From Nitrospinota bacterium (GTDB taxonomy: Bacteria > UBA8248), in contig JAZAHK010000010.1 in assembly GCA_036231405.1 (NCBI GenBank), positions 1-14,508 on the forward strand: 14,508 nucleotides of DNA. The letters are read 5' to 3'. The position numbers and the translations under genes were made by a program. Within the stretch, counting starts at the first letter, position 1. Every line of letters begins with the position of its first letter. Below the pieces are notes generated by a model. That model was not told where the DNA came from. It ran no database searches and was given only the letters and a program-made list of their open reading frames with translations. Below are positions 1 to 8,258 of the stretch, piece by piece.

Positions 1-234
1 ACCATATTTATCAGCAAGTGGTTTGAACTTCGTATTATACAATTCTAATTTTTTTTCAGTTGTATAGGGTGCAAATGGTTTTCCAGGAGGTCTGCCTTCC
101 CAAGAAACCCATTCGATTTGAATATCGGGATCTTCTTCAAGAACCGGAGTTCCACCCACGGTGGCAACATAACAAAAAGGTCATGTAAAGTCTGAATATT
201 TTGTGATTATGATGGGTTCTTCTAAGATACTCAT
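1..234 (-). CDS. DsbA/FrnE-like thioredoxin-fold oxidoreductase, probable selenoprotein with UxxC motif (3' end runs off the window)
   Basis: Manual translation from ATG at 234: MSILEEPIIITKYSDFT-U(TGA 181-183)-PFCYVATVGGTPVLEEDPDIQIEWVSWEGRPPGKPFAPYTTEKKLELYNTKFKPLADKYG. This matches the FrnE/DsbA pattern (Y/F)SDxxCP(F/W)CY...I.W..(F/W)E.RP with TGA at the first Cys. RBS TAAGGAG lies 5 nt upstream of the ATG. The frame stays open for 60 codons past TGA, to position 1. Confidence 0.9.
149..168 (-). promoter_or_regulatory. Putative bacterial SECIS hairpin
   Basis: The minus strand reads GUU-G-CCACC-GUG-GGUGG-AAC, starting 13 nt after the UGA. It has a 3-bp lower stem, a one-base bulge, a 5-bp GC-rich upper stem and a loop G at +22. 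It is a GC-rich patch in AT-rich DNA, with geometry similar to bacterial SECIS elements. Confidence 0.7.
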
Positions 235-274
235 AACTTCTCCTTAGTAACATAAAAACAATAAAAGTTAATGG

Positions 275-1708
275 CTAAACTACTTCTGCTCTGTCGTGAT
301 CTATTTTTCCATATCCCCCTTCGTCTACCCAAATCCCACGACTCCTAAGATAATTGACAACTGATTTAATCTCTTCGTCATCTCCCTTGAATTCACATAC
401 CTGCCATCCTGAATTAGTATTTACTTCACCCCTTATGATATTTACCTCTAATTTGAAATTCTTTCCAAGTTCCCATAATACAGGAAGACTTACTTGTGTG
501 GATGGAAAAGTGAGGACAAATCTTCTAGTTTCGCTTGGGATGTCAAATCCGTGGATACCTATTTCCTTTTTCAGTTCAATACGATTAAGAAAATTGTGAA
601 CTATATGCGTAAGTTTGTCATATTGAACTAAAAACGCATCATGTCCATAAGTAGATTCAACGGTATGGAGTTCAACTTTTTTATTTATTTCCTGCATAGT
701 TTCAGCTATTTCAGTACTGCACTCAGTCGGGAAAAGCCAGTCAGAAATAAAACTAATTAAACAACAATTAGTATTTAATGTTTCTAGTGCATCCTTCAAG
801 GAAGGAGCATTAGATTTCATGTCATAAAGATCCATCATTCTGGAAAGGTAAATGTAGGAGTTTGCATCAAAACGATTTGAAAATTTTTCTCCTTGATAAT
901 CTAGATATCTTTCTACTTCATATCGCGCGGTTACATCTTCAAGAAGATTTTCATTTTCTTTAGCCCTTCTTCCAAACTTTTCCCACATTATCCTGTTGCT
1001 TAAATAAGTTATGTGCGCAATCATGCGTGCAGTCATAAGTCCTTTGAAAGGATTTTTTGATTCATCATAATCGCCATTATTCCAATTTTGATCAGTCATG
1101 ATTGCGTGACGACCAATCTTGTTCCATGCGATTCCCATAGGGTTGAGATAAGCAGCGGCAGCAACTGGGATGATCGATTCACAGAAATCACTATATCGAA
1201 TACCCCATTCAAGAGTTTGCATTCCAGCAAGAGAACCACCGATGACAGTCTTAAGACCTTTTACTCCGAGTGATTGCATAGTTTTCATTTGCAATCGAAC
1301 CGTATCCTCTACGGTTACTACAGGAAAGTTCATTCCATACGGTTTTCCGCTTGAAGGATTAATTGATGTTGGTCCTGTTGTTCCAGAACATCCTCCTAGA
1401 TTATTTGTGCAAATTATGTAATATTTTCTAGTGTCAAGTGCTTTTCCAGGACCAATCATGGGGTCCCACCAACCTGGGCGTTCATCTTCTTTACTATTAA
1501 ATCCAGCAGCATGTGCATCCCCTGTAAGGGCATGAATGACTAGTATTGCGTTATCTTTATTTTCATTTAGGTTGCCGTAGGCTTCGTAAGCAACCTGCAA
1601 CTTCTCTAATGTATGGCCGGAGGATGTTTCGAAGGGTTCTTCGAAATTGACATACTCAGTTTCAACGAATTCTTGAGATTGTTTTTCATTTTGTTTGTTC
1701 ATAATCAT
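275..1708 (-). CDS. metX: Homoserine O-acetyltransferase (MetX family) with C-terminal NIL domain
   Basis: Motifs HALTGDAH, GWWDPMIGPGKALDT, NNLGGCSGTTGP, nucleophile elbow GGSLAGMQ, RFDANSY, SDWLFP and YGHDAFL. An extra ~70-aa NIL-like domain lies at about 320-526. The start could be ATG 1708 or 1702. Confidence 0.93.
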   Translation of the reverse strand: MIMNKQNEKQSQEFVETEYVNFEEPFETSSGHTLEKLQVAYEAYGNLNENKDNAILVIHALTGDAHAAGFNSKEDERPGWWDPMIGPGKALDTRKYYIICTNNLGGCSGTTGPTSINPSSGKPYGMNFPVVTVEDTVRLQMKTMQSLGVKGLKTVIGGSLAGMQTLEWGIRYSDFCESIIPVAAAAYLNPMGIAWNKIGRHAIMTDQNWNNGDYDESKNPFKGLMTARMIAHITYLSNRIMWEKFGRRAKENENLLEDVTARYEVERYLDYQGEKFSNRFDANSYIYLSRMMDLYDMKSNAPSLKDALETLNTNCCLISFISDWLFPTECSTEIAETMQEINKKVELHTVESTYGHDAFLVQYDKLTHIVHNFLNRIELKKEIGIHGFDIPSETRRFVLTFPSTQVSLPVLWELGKNFKLEVNIIRGEVNTNSGWQVCEFKGDDEEIKSVVNYLRSRGIWVDEGGYGKIDHDRAEVV

Positions 1709-1819
1709 CTCTTTGAAGAATAACTTGTCTCATACATAATAAAATTATATTTTAACGATCTTTTAAAGCTTTGGTAATATAAAATTACATTTTTATCATT
1801 TTTTTATTCTGAGAATTAA

Positions 1820-2593
1820 ATGATAGTTTCTAGTTTTGATCAAAGTATAAGATTAACTACACAGCATGATCATGCTCGTGTTGCAGGTACGATAGCGAGG
1901 AGTTGGAAGGGGAATGAAATCATTCCAGAGGTTGATGACCTTCTTAAGCGGTCAACATTTTTTGCAATCGACAACCATGATATCGGTTGGTATGAATTAG
2001 ATTTAAATCCTATCCTAGATCGAAAAATTCAAATACCATCTAGTTTTTTTTCTACTACTTCTGAGGACGCAGTTGAACTATGGAACAATAGTATCGAAAT
2101 ATGCCAAAGGTTTTCGGTTTTTTCTGGGTTTTTAGTGAGTAATCATTTTTATATGCTTGCAAAAGTAGGGATGGATAATGCTCCTGCATCACAGTATAAA
2201 ACATTAAATAATTTTGTGATTCAGGAAGAAAAACGCCAAAGGGAGTTAAAAAAAGGTATGAAAGAATTTGAAAACCTTCATGCAGAAAGTATTGGAGAAC
2301 TTTTAAGGTTATCTGATACCCTTTCACTTTTTCTCTGTGGGGCTCCAGAGATAACCCCAAAGCCACTCGTAGTTAGTTCTCTTTTGAAGGGTTCTATTAG
2401 AGTGAAAGTTTTTGAGAATTTCGAGAAAATGGAATTATCTCCATGGCCTTTTAAGAATGAATCTCTAATAGTTCATGTTCCTTCATTAACGATTCCAAGA
2501 ATGGATTTTAAAAATGATGATGATTTGCAAGATGCAATTTCACTTGGGAAGGTTAGTATCTATGAGACGGTTATAGTTCCTATGACACCTTAG
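1820..2593 (+). CDS. DUF3891-family protein (H...HD motif, putative metal-binding)
   Basis: TQHDHARVAGTIARSW...AIDNHDIGWYELD, LVSNH, D.LSLFLC and a C-terminal PWPF match the DUF3891 pattern as I recall it. Confidence 0.75.
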   Translation: MIVSSFDQSIRLTTQHDHARVAGTIARSWKGNEIIPEVDDLLKRSTFFAIDNHDIGWYELDLNPILDRKIQIPSSFFSTTSEDAVELWNNSIEICQRFSVFSGFLVSNHFYMLAKVGMDNAPASQYKTLNNFVIQEEKRQRELKKGMKEFENLHAESIGELLRLSDTLSLFLCGAPEITPKPLVVSSLLKGSIRVKVFENFEKMELSPWPFKNESLIVHVPSLTIPRMDFKNDDDLQDAISLGKVSIYETVIVPMTP

Positions 2594-2607
2594 TGTTTGG
2601 ATTACAT

Positions 2608-3009
2608 ATGGTATCAAAAATAGCAAAAATAAAAGTGGTGGCTGGGGTAATCTTCAACCAAGGAAAGATATTGATAACAAAACGCCCTTACAATGTTCAC
2701 CAGGGAGGGAAGTGGGAATTCCCAGGTGGAAAAGTAAATTTAGACGAAGCGGAGGAGCAAGCTTTAAAGAGAGAATTATTTGAGGAACTTTCTGTAGACG
2801 TCGATGTGGCTAATCTTATTTTAGAAACCAATCATTTTTATGAAAATTTAGAGGTGAATTTGTTGTTTTATGAATGTACAATTAATTCTAACAAGGTAAC
2901 CAATTTATCAGTTTTACAGCATAAATGGATCACACTTCCCGAACTTTTAGATTATTCTTTTCCTCCTGCAAATGAAAAACTAATATCTTTGTTACTTGAA
3001 AGATTCTAG
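2608..3009 (+). CDS. mutT: MutT-like NUDIX hydrolase (8-oxo-dGTP diphosphatase)
   Basis: Nudix box GGKVNLDEAEEQALKRELFEEL, plus HQGGKWEFPGG and C-terminal FPPAN typical of MutT. The start is ATG 2608 or GTG 2593, which overlaps the upstream stop. Confidence 0.88.
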   Translation: MVSKIAKIKVVAGVIFNQGKILITKRPYNVHQGGKWEFPGGKVNLDEAEEQALKRELFEELSVDVDVANLILETNHFYENLEVNLLFYECTINSNKVTNLSVLQHKWITLPELLDYSFPPANEKLISLLLERF

Positions 3010-3707
3010 CTCGATGTTTTTTTAATCGCACTAATTACCAACCTTCTTCCATAAAGCGATTGAGGGGAACCACTCATTTTCCAAAAATTCTTTTCCTCTT
3101 CGCTTTTGCTTTTTTTAAATTTAGATTTGCAATAAAATTTTTGTGGTATTCCAAAAATTTTTTCAATGAAATGTTTAGGTTTTTTTTCGTCTACTTCGTG
3201 TATTCTAACATCTTCAAATTTTGCTATTCTTAAGAATGTGTAAAGCCAGGGGAACGACCACGGCATTATGTGCATATGTGCACCAGGTTTCATCCTTCCT
3301 ATTAAATTCGAAAAACTTGGGAAGAAACCACAAAAAAAATATTTCAATTTTGCAAGTGGATACCAAATATTTGGAGTGGTGACGATGAGAACACCTTCAT
3401 TTTCAAGGTGTTTGAAGATAGATTCTAGAAAAAGTGTTGGGTTTCCTATGTGTTCTATGCCTTCGCATGAAACTATCGCATCATATTTTGGCAGTTCTTC
3501 AGGGATGCCAAGTTCTAGGTTGGCGGAATAAAAATTCCTATAGCCCTCTGGTTTTTCTTCAAACAAATCTATCCCATCTATTTCATCTGTTGAAGTTTGT
3601 CTTGATTTTAACCATCCATTTCCAGATGGTGCATCTAGTATTGTAGATGGTTTTTTCTCTTCCAAAATTTTCAAGACAGTTGGCATATATGATTTTGTTG
3701 GGAACAT
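3006..3707 (-). CDS. Class I SAM-dependent methyltransferase
   Basis: Motif I variant ILDAPSGNG, GID, YDAIVSCEGIEH and GVLIVTTPN. Confidence 0.85.
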   Translation of the reverse strand: MFPTKSYMPTVLKILEEKKPSTILDAPSGNGWLKSRQTSTDEIDGIDLFEEKPEGYRNFYSANLELGIPEELPKYDAIVSCEGIEHIGNPTLFLESIFKHLENEGVLIVTTPNIWYPLAKLKYFFCGFFPSFSNLIGRMKPGAHMHIMPWSFPWLYTFLRIAKFEDVRIHEVDEKKPKHFIEKIFGIPQKFYCKSKFKKSKSEEEKNFWKMSGSPQSLYGRRLVISAIKKTSS

Positions 3708-3753
3708 AAAAAAACCTAAAGGAATTCTGTATCAGAAGTTAAAAACTTTTATT

Positions 3754-5445
3754 TTATGCATCCGTCACACAACCTTCGGAAGCAGATGAGACACATTTCG
3801 CGTATTTATATAGTGTGCCTTTTGTAAACTTGAGGGGTGGTTCAGTCCATTCCGCTCTTCTTTTTTTAATTTCTTCATCTGATATCTTTAACTCCATTAC
3901 TCTTTTAATTGCATCTATTAATATGGGGTCTCCATCTTCTATCAAAGCAATCAATCCACCAGCCTGTGCTTCAGGAGTAACGTGTCCCACAACAAATCCG
4001 TGGGTTCCTCCAGAGAATCGGCCATCAGTTATCAGGGCCAAATCATTTCCTAATCCGGCGCCCATTATAGCGGAAGTGACAGTGAGCATTTCCCTCATGC
4101 CAGGACCTCCTTTGGGGCCTTCGTATCTTATAATGACTACGTCACCTTTATTAATTGAATTTTGTTCTAGTCCTTTCAAGGCATCTTCTTCAGAGTCAAA
4201 AACCCTAGCAGGTCCTTCAAATTTTTCGCCTTCTTTTCCCGTAATTTTCGCGACTGCCCCTTCTTCTGCCAAGTTTCCATAAAGGATCTGTATATGCCCC
4301 GAACTTTTAATAGGTTCACTGGCGGGAAAGATTATTTTTTGTCCTTTGGATAATCCAGGTAAACTGTCAACATTTTCTGCGAGTGTTTTTCCCGTTACGG
4401 TTAGACAGTTCCCTTCTAAGAATCCTTCTTCAAGGAGCAATTTTTGTACTCCAGGAACTCCACCGACATTGTGAAGGTCTTCCATTACGTATTTTCCGCT
4501 TGGTTTAAGATCCGCTATATAAGGTGTTTTATCGCTTATCCTCTGAAAGTCATCAATAGTGAGTTCGACATTAATAGCTTTTGCAATTGCGATCATATGC
4601 ATCACAGCGTTAGTCGAACCACCTAGAGCCATAATTACTGTTATGGCATTTTCGAAGGCTTGTTTAGTCATGATGTGACTGGGCAAAATATTTTTTTCAA
4701 GAAGATTATACATAGCGTCACCAATATTTGAGCATTCTATCTTTTTGTCTTCGCTCATAGCAGGGTTCGATGCACTAAAAGGGAGACTCATTCCAAGAGA
4801 TTCAATTGCAGAGGACATTGTATTCGCAGTATACATACCACCGCAGGCACCACCACTTGGGCAAGAATGGCGGATAATTTTGTCTAAATCATTTCTCTCA
4901 ATTTTACCGCTGAAAAATTCTCCATATGCTTGGAAGGCAGAAACTACATCTAGTTTTTTCCCGTCTAAGGATCCAGGGCTAATTGTTCCTCCATATACCA
5001 TCAAACTGGGTCTGTTTAATCTTGCCATTGCGATCAGAGATCCGGGCATATTTTTATCACATCCTGGTAAAGTAACTAGGCCATCGTACCACTGTGCACT
5101 TACTACGGTTTCAATGGAATCTGCGATTATATCTCTTGATTGGAGAGAATATTTCATTCCTTCTGTTCCCATAGAAATCCCGTCACTCACCCCTATAGTA
5201 TTGAAAATTAACCCTATCATTTTTTTATTTTCAGAAATGCTATGTTTTATTATTTCTGCCAGTCGGTTAAGATGAAAATTGCATGAATTTCCTTCCCACC
5301 ACATACTAGCTATGCCAATTTGTGGATTTTTCATATCTGTTTCATCTAATCCAGCTCCATAAAGCATAGCTTGCGAAGCAGCCTGGGATGCGGGTTCAGT
5401 CACTCTTTTGCTGTAAATATTTAGCTTTTTCCCCCCGTTTTCCAT
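3754..5445 (-). CDS. ilvD: Dihydroxy-acid dehydratase
   Basis: Motifs [60 protein letters not shown] and [11 protein letters not shown]. Confidence 0.97.
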   Translation of the reverse strand: MENGGKKLNIYSKRVTEPASQAASQAMLYGAGLDETDMKNPQIGIASMWWEGNSCNFHLNRLAEIIKHSISENKKMIGLIFNTIGVSDGISMGTEGMKYSLQSRDIIADSIETVVSAQWYDGLVTLPGCDKNMPGSLIAMARLNRPSLMVYGGTISPGSLDGKKLDVVSAFQAYGEFFSGKIERNDLDKIIRHSCPSGGACGGMYTANTMSSAIESLGMSLPFSASNPAMSEDKKIECSNIGDAMYNLLEKNILPSHIMTKQAFENAITVIMALGGSTNAVMHMIAIAKAINVELTIDDFQRISDKTPYIADLKPSGKYVMEDLHNVGGVPGVQKLLLEEGFLEGNCLTVTGKTLAENVDSLPGLSKGQKIIFPASEPIKSSGHIQILYGNLAEEGAVAKITGKEGEKFEGPARVFDSEEDALKGLEQNSINKGDVVIIRYEGPKGGPGMREMLTVTSAIMGAGLGNDLALITDGRFSGGTHGFVVGHVTPEAQAGGLIALIEDGDPILIDAIKRVMELKISDEEIKKRRAEWTEPPLKFTKGTLYKYAKCVSSASEGCVTDA

Positions 5446-5468
5446 TCTCTAATCTCCAAAAAAATTGT

Positions 5469-6161
5469 TTATCTAGAAATTTTATGTTTGGTCACAGTTC
5501 CATTACATTTTGCCCATGGACCCTTGAAACGTTTTGTCTCTAATGGCTGAGAACATTCATTCAATGGGTCTGAGCCCGATTTTACCTCTAAACCATCAGA
5601 ATATCCATCTAAATCGGTATCGCGATTGGTAGGGTCTAACCTGAGAATGACTTCATATCCGTCATTTAAAAAATCCTTGTCTGTATCCCTTAAAACGGGG
5701 TTTGTCCGAAATTTTTTGATCTCGTCTTTGTCCGACAGACCATCGCCGTCAGTATCTGCTTTCTTAGGATCTGTAAAGAACTTTTTTTCTTCGTCAATAT
5801 CCATTAATCCATCACCGTCTCTGTCTACACAGTTTTTTCTGTAAAGTTCCTGTTTTGCGATTTTTATTCTTCTCAGGGATTTGTTGATGAGATCTATGAT
5901 GAGATTCTCGTTCTCTTCGTCTTTCATGCTAGCAATTTGAAAAATCAGGAAACGAATCATTTGAAATTTAACGGGGACACAGAGTGCGAGATTGCCTTCA
6001 GTATCGAGTTTTACAAACACTTCCTTTAATAATTGATGTTCCTTGTATATAGAATCCTTTAAAGATTTAATTCTCTTTTCTGTGACCTCAGGTGTAAGAA
6101 AACGTGTGCAAGAAACTATGGATAAAATAAACATCGTTGTTATGCAAAATATTCGAAACAT
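5469..6161 (-). CDS. Putative lipoprotein with thrombospondin type-3-like Ca-binding repeats
   Basis: Hydrophobic N-terminus ending in lipobox-like IVSC (Cys18), then four DxDxDGxxDxxE...(D/N)P repeats. Confidence 0.75.
   Translation of the reverse strand: MFRIFCITTMFILSIVSCTRFLTPEVTEKRIKSLKDSIYKEHQLLKEVFVKLDTEGNLALCVPVKFQMIRFLIFQIASMKDEENENLIIDLINKSLRRIKIAKQELYRKNCVDRDGDGLMDIDEEKKFFTDPKKADTDGDGLSDKDEIKKFRTNPVLRDTDKDFLNDGYEVILRLDPTNRDTDLDGYSDGLEVKSGSDPLNECSQPLETKRFKGPWAKCNGTVTKHKISR
5562..5825 (-). repeat. Four tandem 22-23 aa Ca-binding repeats (protein level)
   Basis: DRDGDGLMDIDE, DTDGDGLSDKDE, DTDKDFLNDGYE and DTDLDGYSDGLE begin at residues 113, 136, 159 and 181. Confidence 0.85.
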
Positions 6162-6370
6162 TTTTTGCCCAATAAATAAATAAACTTTAATTGTCCAATA
6201 ATATTTGATTCAAAATAAGTGATTGATCTTATTTGATTAATATATTCCAAAATAGTTTTTGTGTTGTCTTTTTTGCCATACTTTTATCCATCACTCAAAA
6301 TATTAGAATTTAACTTCAAGTTTTGCTATTGTACTTGATATTAATAACTTTTACTTCTTAGGATTTGAAG

Positions 6371-7303
6371 ATGTCTAAACACGAACTTATAGCCGATCAT
6401 ACTAATATTCATTGGGGATTTTACGATGCTTCTTTGAGTCCTGTTCTCACTATTGATGATGGCGATACAGTTGTATTTTATACAGAGTCCGGAAGAAAAG
6501 ATCTCGTTTCAATTCTAGAGGAAAAAGTTTCTTCGCAGTTGAGGAATATTTTTTTGCATCATGAACAAGGTTTTGGTGCCCATATTATGACAGGTCCTGT
6601 TTTTATTAATGGTGCTAAAGAAGGTGATGTTTTGGAAGTCAATATAAAAGATATTCAAGTACGTTATGACTGGGGTTACAATGGGTTCCGACCACTTGTA
6701 GGCGGTCTTCCTGAAGATTTTCCCTATTCCAGAGTTGTTGTCATAGATGTAGACAAGGATAAAGGAATTGCAGATTGGGGAGCAGGAGTTAAAGTGCCTA
6801 TAAGGCCTTTCTTTGGGAATTTTGGAGTTGCCCCTCCAAGATCATATGGAAAAGTACCATCAACTCCACCAGCTGCCTGGGGAGGGAATACTGATAACAA
6901 GGAGTTTGTACCGGGAACTAAAATATTTTTCCCGATTTTCAATGACGGGGCTTTGTTTTCAATCGGCGATGGTCATGGTTGTCAAGGTGATGGAGAGGCT
7001 AATATTAATGGTATAGAAATGGGTTTGGTAGGAACCTTTGAGTTTAAGGTGAGAAAGGATTTAACGATTAACCTCCCTATTGCTCAAACAGAAACGCATC
7101 ATATTTTTATGGGATTTGACCCGATTCTAGATAACGCAGCGAAAATAGCACTTCGTGAAACTATTGATTTTTTGGTTAATTCTAAAGAAATGCATCCTGA
7201 TGATGCTTATACTTTGTGTAGTCTTGCGGTAGACCTTCGGGTAACCCAGATAGTGAATGGATTCAAAGGGGTGCATGCTATGCTGCCCAAGTCAATTTTC
7301 TAA
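6371..7303 (+). CDS. Acetamidase/formamidase family protein, paralog 1
   Basis: HIMTGPV..GA..GDVLEV, PFFGNFGVAP, GGNTD, FSIGDGHGCQGDGE and DAYTLCSLAVDLRVTQIVNG..GVH. AGGA 7 nt before ATG 6371 favours this start over TTG 6365. Confidence 0.92.
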   Translation: MSKHELIADHTNIHWGFYDASLSPVLTIDDGDTVVFYTESGRKDLVSILEEKVSSQLRNIFLHHEQGFGAHIMTGPVFINGAKEGDVLEVNIKDIQVRYDWGYNGFRPLVGGLPEDFPYSRVVVIDVDKDKGIADWGAGVKVPIRPFFGNFGVAPPRSYGKVPSTPPAAWGGNTDNKEFVPGTKIFFPIFNDGALFSIGDGHGCQGDGEANINGIEMGLVGTFEFKVRKDLTINLPIAQTETHHIFMGFDPILDNAAKIALRETIDFLVNSKEMHPDDAYTLCSLAVDLRVTQIVNGFKGVHAMLPKSIF

Positions 7304-7306
7304 TTT

Positions 7307-8257
7307 TTGGAGTTCGGTATCCATAAAATAATTGCCAATTCAAGTTCAGTCCAGTGGGGCTATTATGATCCTGAAGCAAAACCTTTGTTCAATGTTTCTT
7401 CTGGAGAGATTGTAGAAGTCTTTACAGAACCGGGAATGAGGGAAATTGACTCTGAAATGAAAGAGATGGTTTCTTCTGAACTACTAGATATTGTTGAGAA
7501 CGGAAAACGTATACTCGGTGGGCATATCCTGAATGGCCCAATAGGGATAAAAGATGCGTTGGCAGGAGATGTGCTGGAAGTAAAGATGTTAGAAATTCGT
7601 CCTAGGTATAATTGGGGTTTCAACAGGTTTCGTCCATTGTATGGTGGATTGCCTGAAGACTTTCCTTATGAAAGAAGGATTGTTATTGATATAGATAAGG
7701 AAAGTAATGTTTGCCATTGGAATACTGAAGTTGCCATTCCTCTTTCTCCGTTTTTTGGAAATATGGGAGTTGCGCCACCTTTAAAAATGGGGAAAGTGCC
7801 GTCTACTGTTCCGGGTCCCTGGGGTGGTAATATGGATAATAAAGAATTCACGGTGGGAACGAGTGTTTTTTTTCCAGTATTTATCGACGGTGCGCAGTTC
7901 TCAATTGGTGACGGTCATGGTTGTCAGGGAGATGGAGAAAGCTGTCTTTCCGCTTTGGAATGCGGTTTGGTCGGGAAGGTACAATTTTTTCTTCACAAAA
8001 ATTCTAATCTAGACATTCCCATGGCAGAATCTTCTACTGATTTTATTTTCATGGGTTTTGATCCTATCTTAGATAATGCGGTTAAGGATGTTATAAGGGA
8101 GACAATAAAATTTTTAGATGAACGTTTTCAAATACCGAAAGATGACGCATATACATTGTGCAGTCTTTCGTTGAACTTGCGTGTCACCCAAATTGTGAAT
8201 GGGACAAAAGGAGTACATGGTCTTTTGTCTAAATCTTTATTTAAGGATCTGACCTAG
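7307..8257 (+). CDS. Acetamidase/formamidase family protein, paralog 2
   Basis: Same motifs (GGNMD, GDGHGCQGDGE, ALE, TQIVNG..GVH). TTG start 3 nt after the paralog 1 stop. Confidence 0.9.
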   Translation: MEFGIHKIIANSSSVQWGYYDPEAKPLFNVSSGEIVEVFTEPGMREIDSEMKEMVSSELLDIVENGKRILGGHILNGPIGIKDALAGDVLEVKMLEIRPRYNWGFNRFRPLYGGLPEDFPYERRIVIDIDKESNVCHWNTEVAIPLSPFFGNMGVAPPLKMGKVPSTVPGPWGGNMDNKEFTVGTSVFFPVFIDGAQFSIGDGHGCQGDGESCLSALECGLVGKVQFFLHKNSNLDIPMAESSTDFIFMGFDPILDNAVKDVIRETIKFLDERFQIPKDDAYTLCSLSLNLRVTQIVNGTKGVHGLLSKSLFKDLT

Positions 8258-8258
8258 T

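Noticed and set aside
181-183. TGA as a nonsense mutation (pseudogene) or as Trp/Gly in an alternative genetic code
   Set aside because: It falls exactly on the catalytic Cys column with a SECIS-like hairpin downstream. TGA ends cbiX at a plausible C-terminus, and the other genes are intact under the standard code.
1709-1819. Possible SAM riboswitch or T-box upstream of metX
   Set aside because: The region is only ~110 nt, extremely AT-rich, and has no conserved aptamer stems. It is probably just a divergent promoter.
5562-5825. Periodic sequence as a CRISPR array or DNA tandem repeat
   Set aside because: The periodicity is at the protein level and the DNA copies are degenerate. No cas genes are present.
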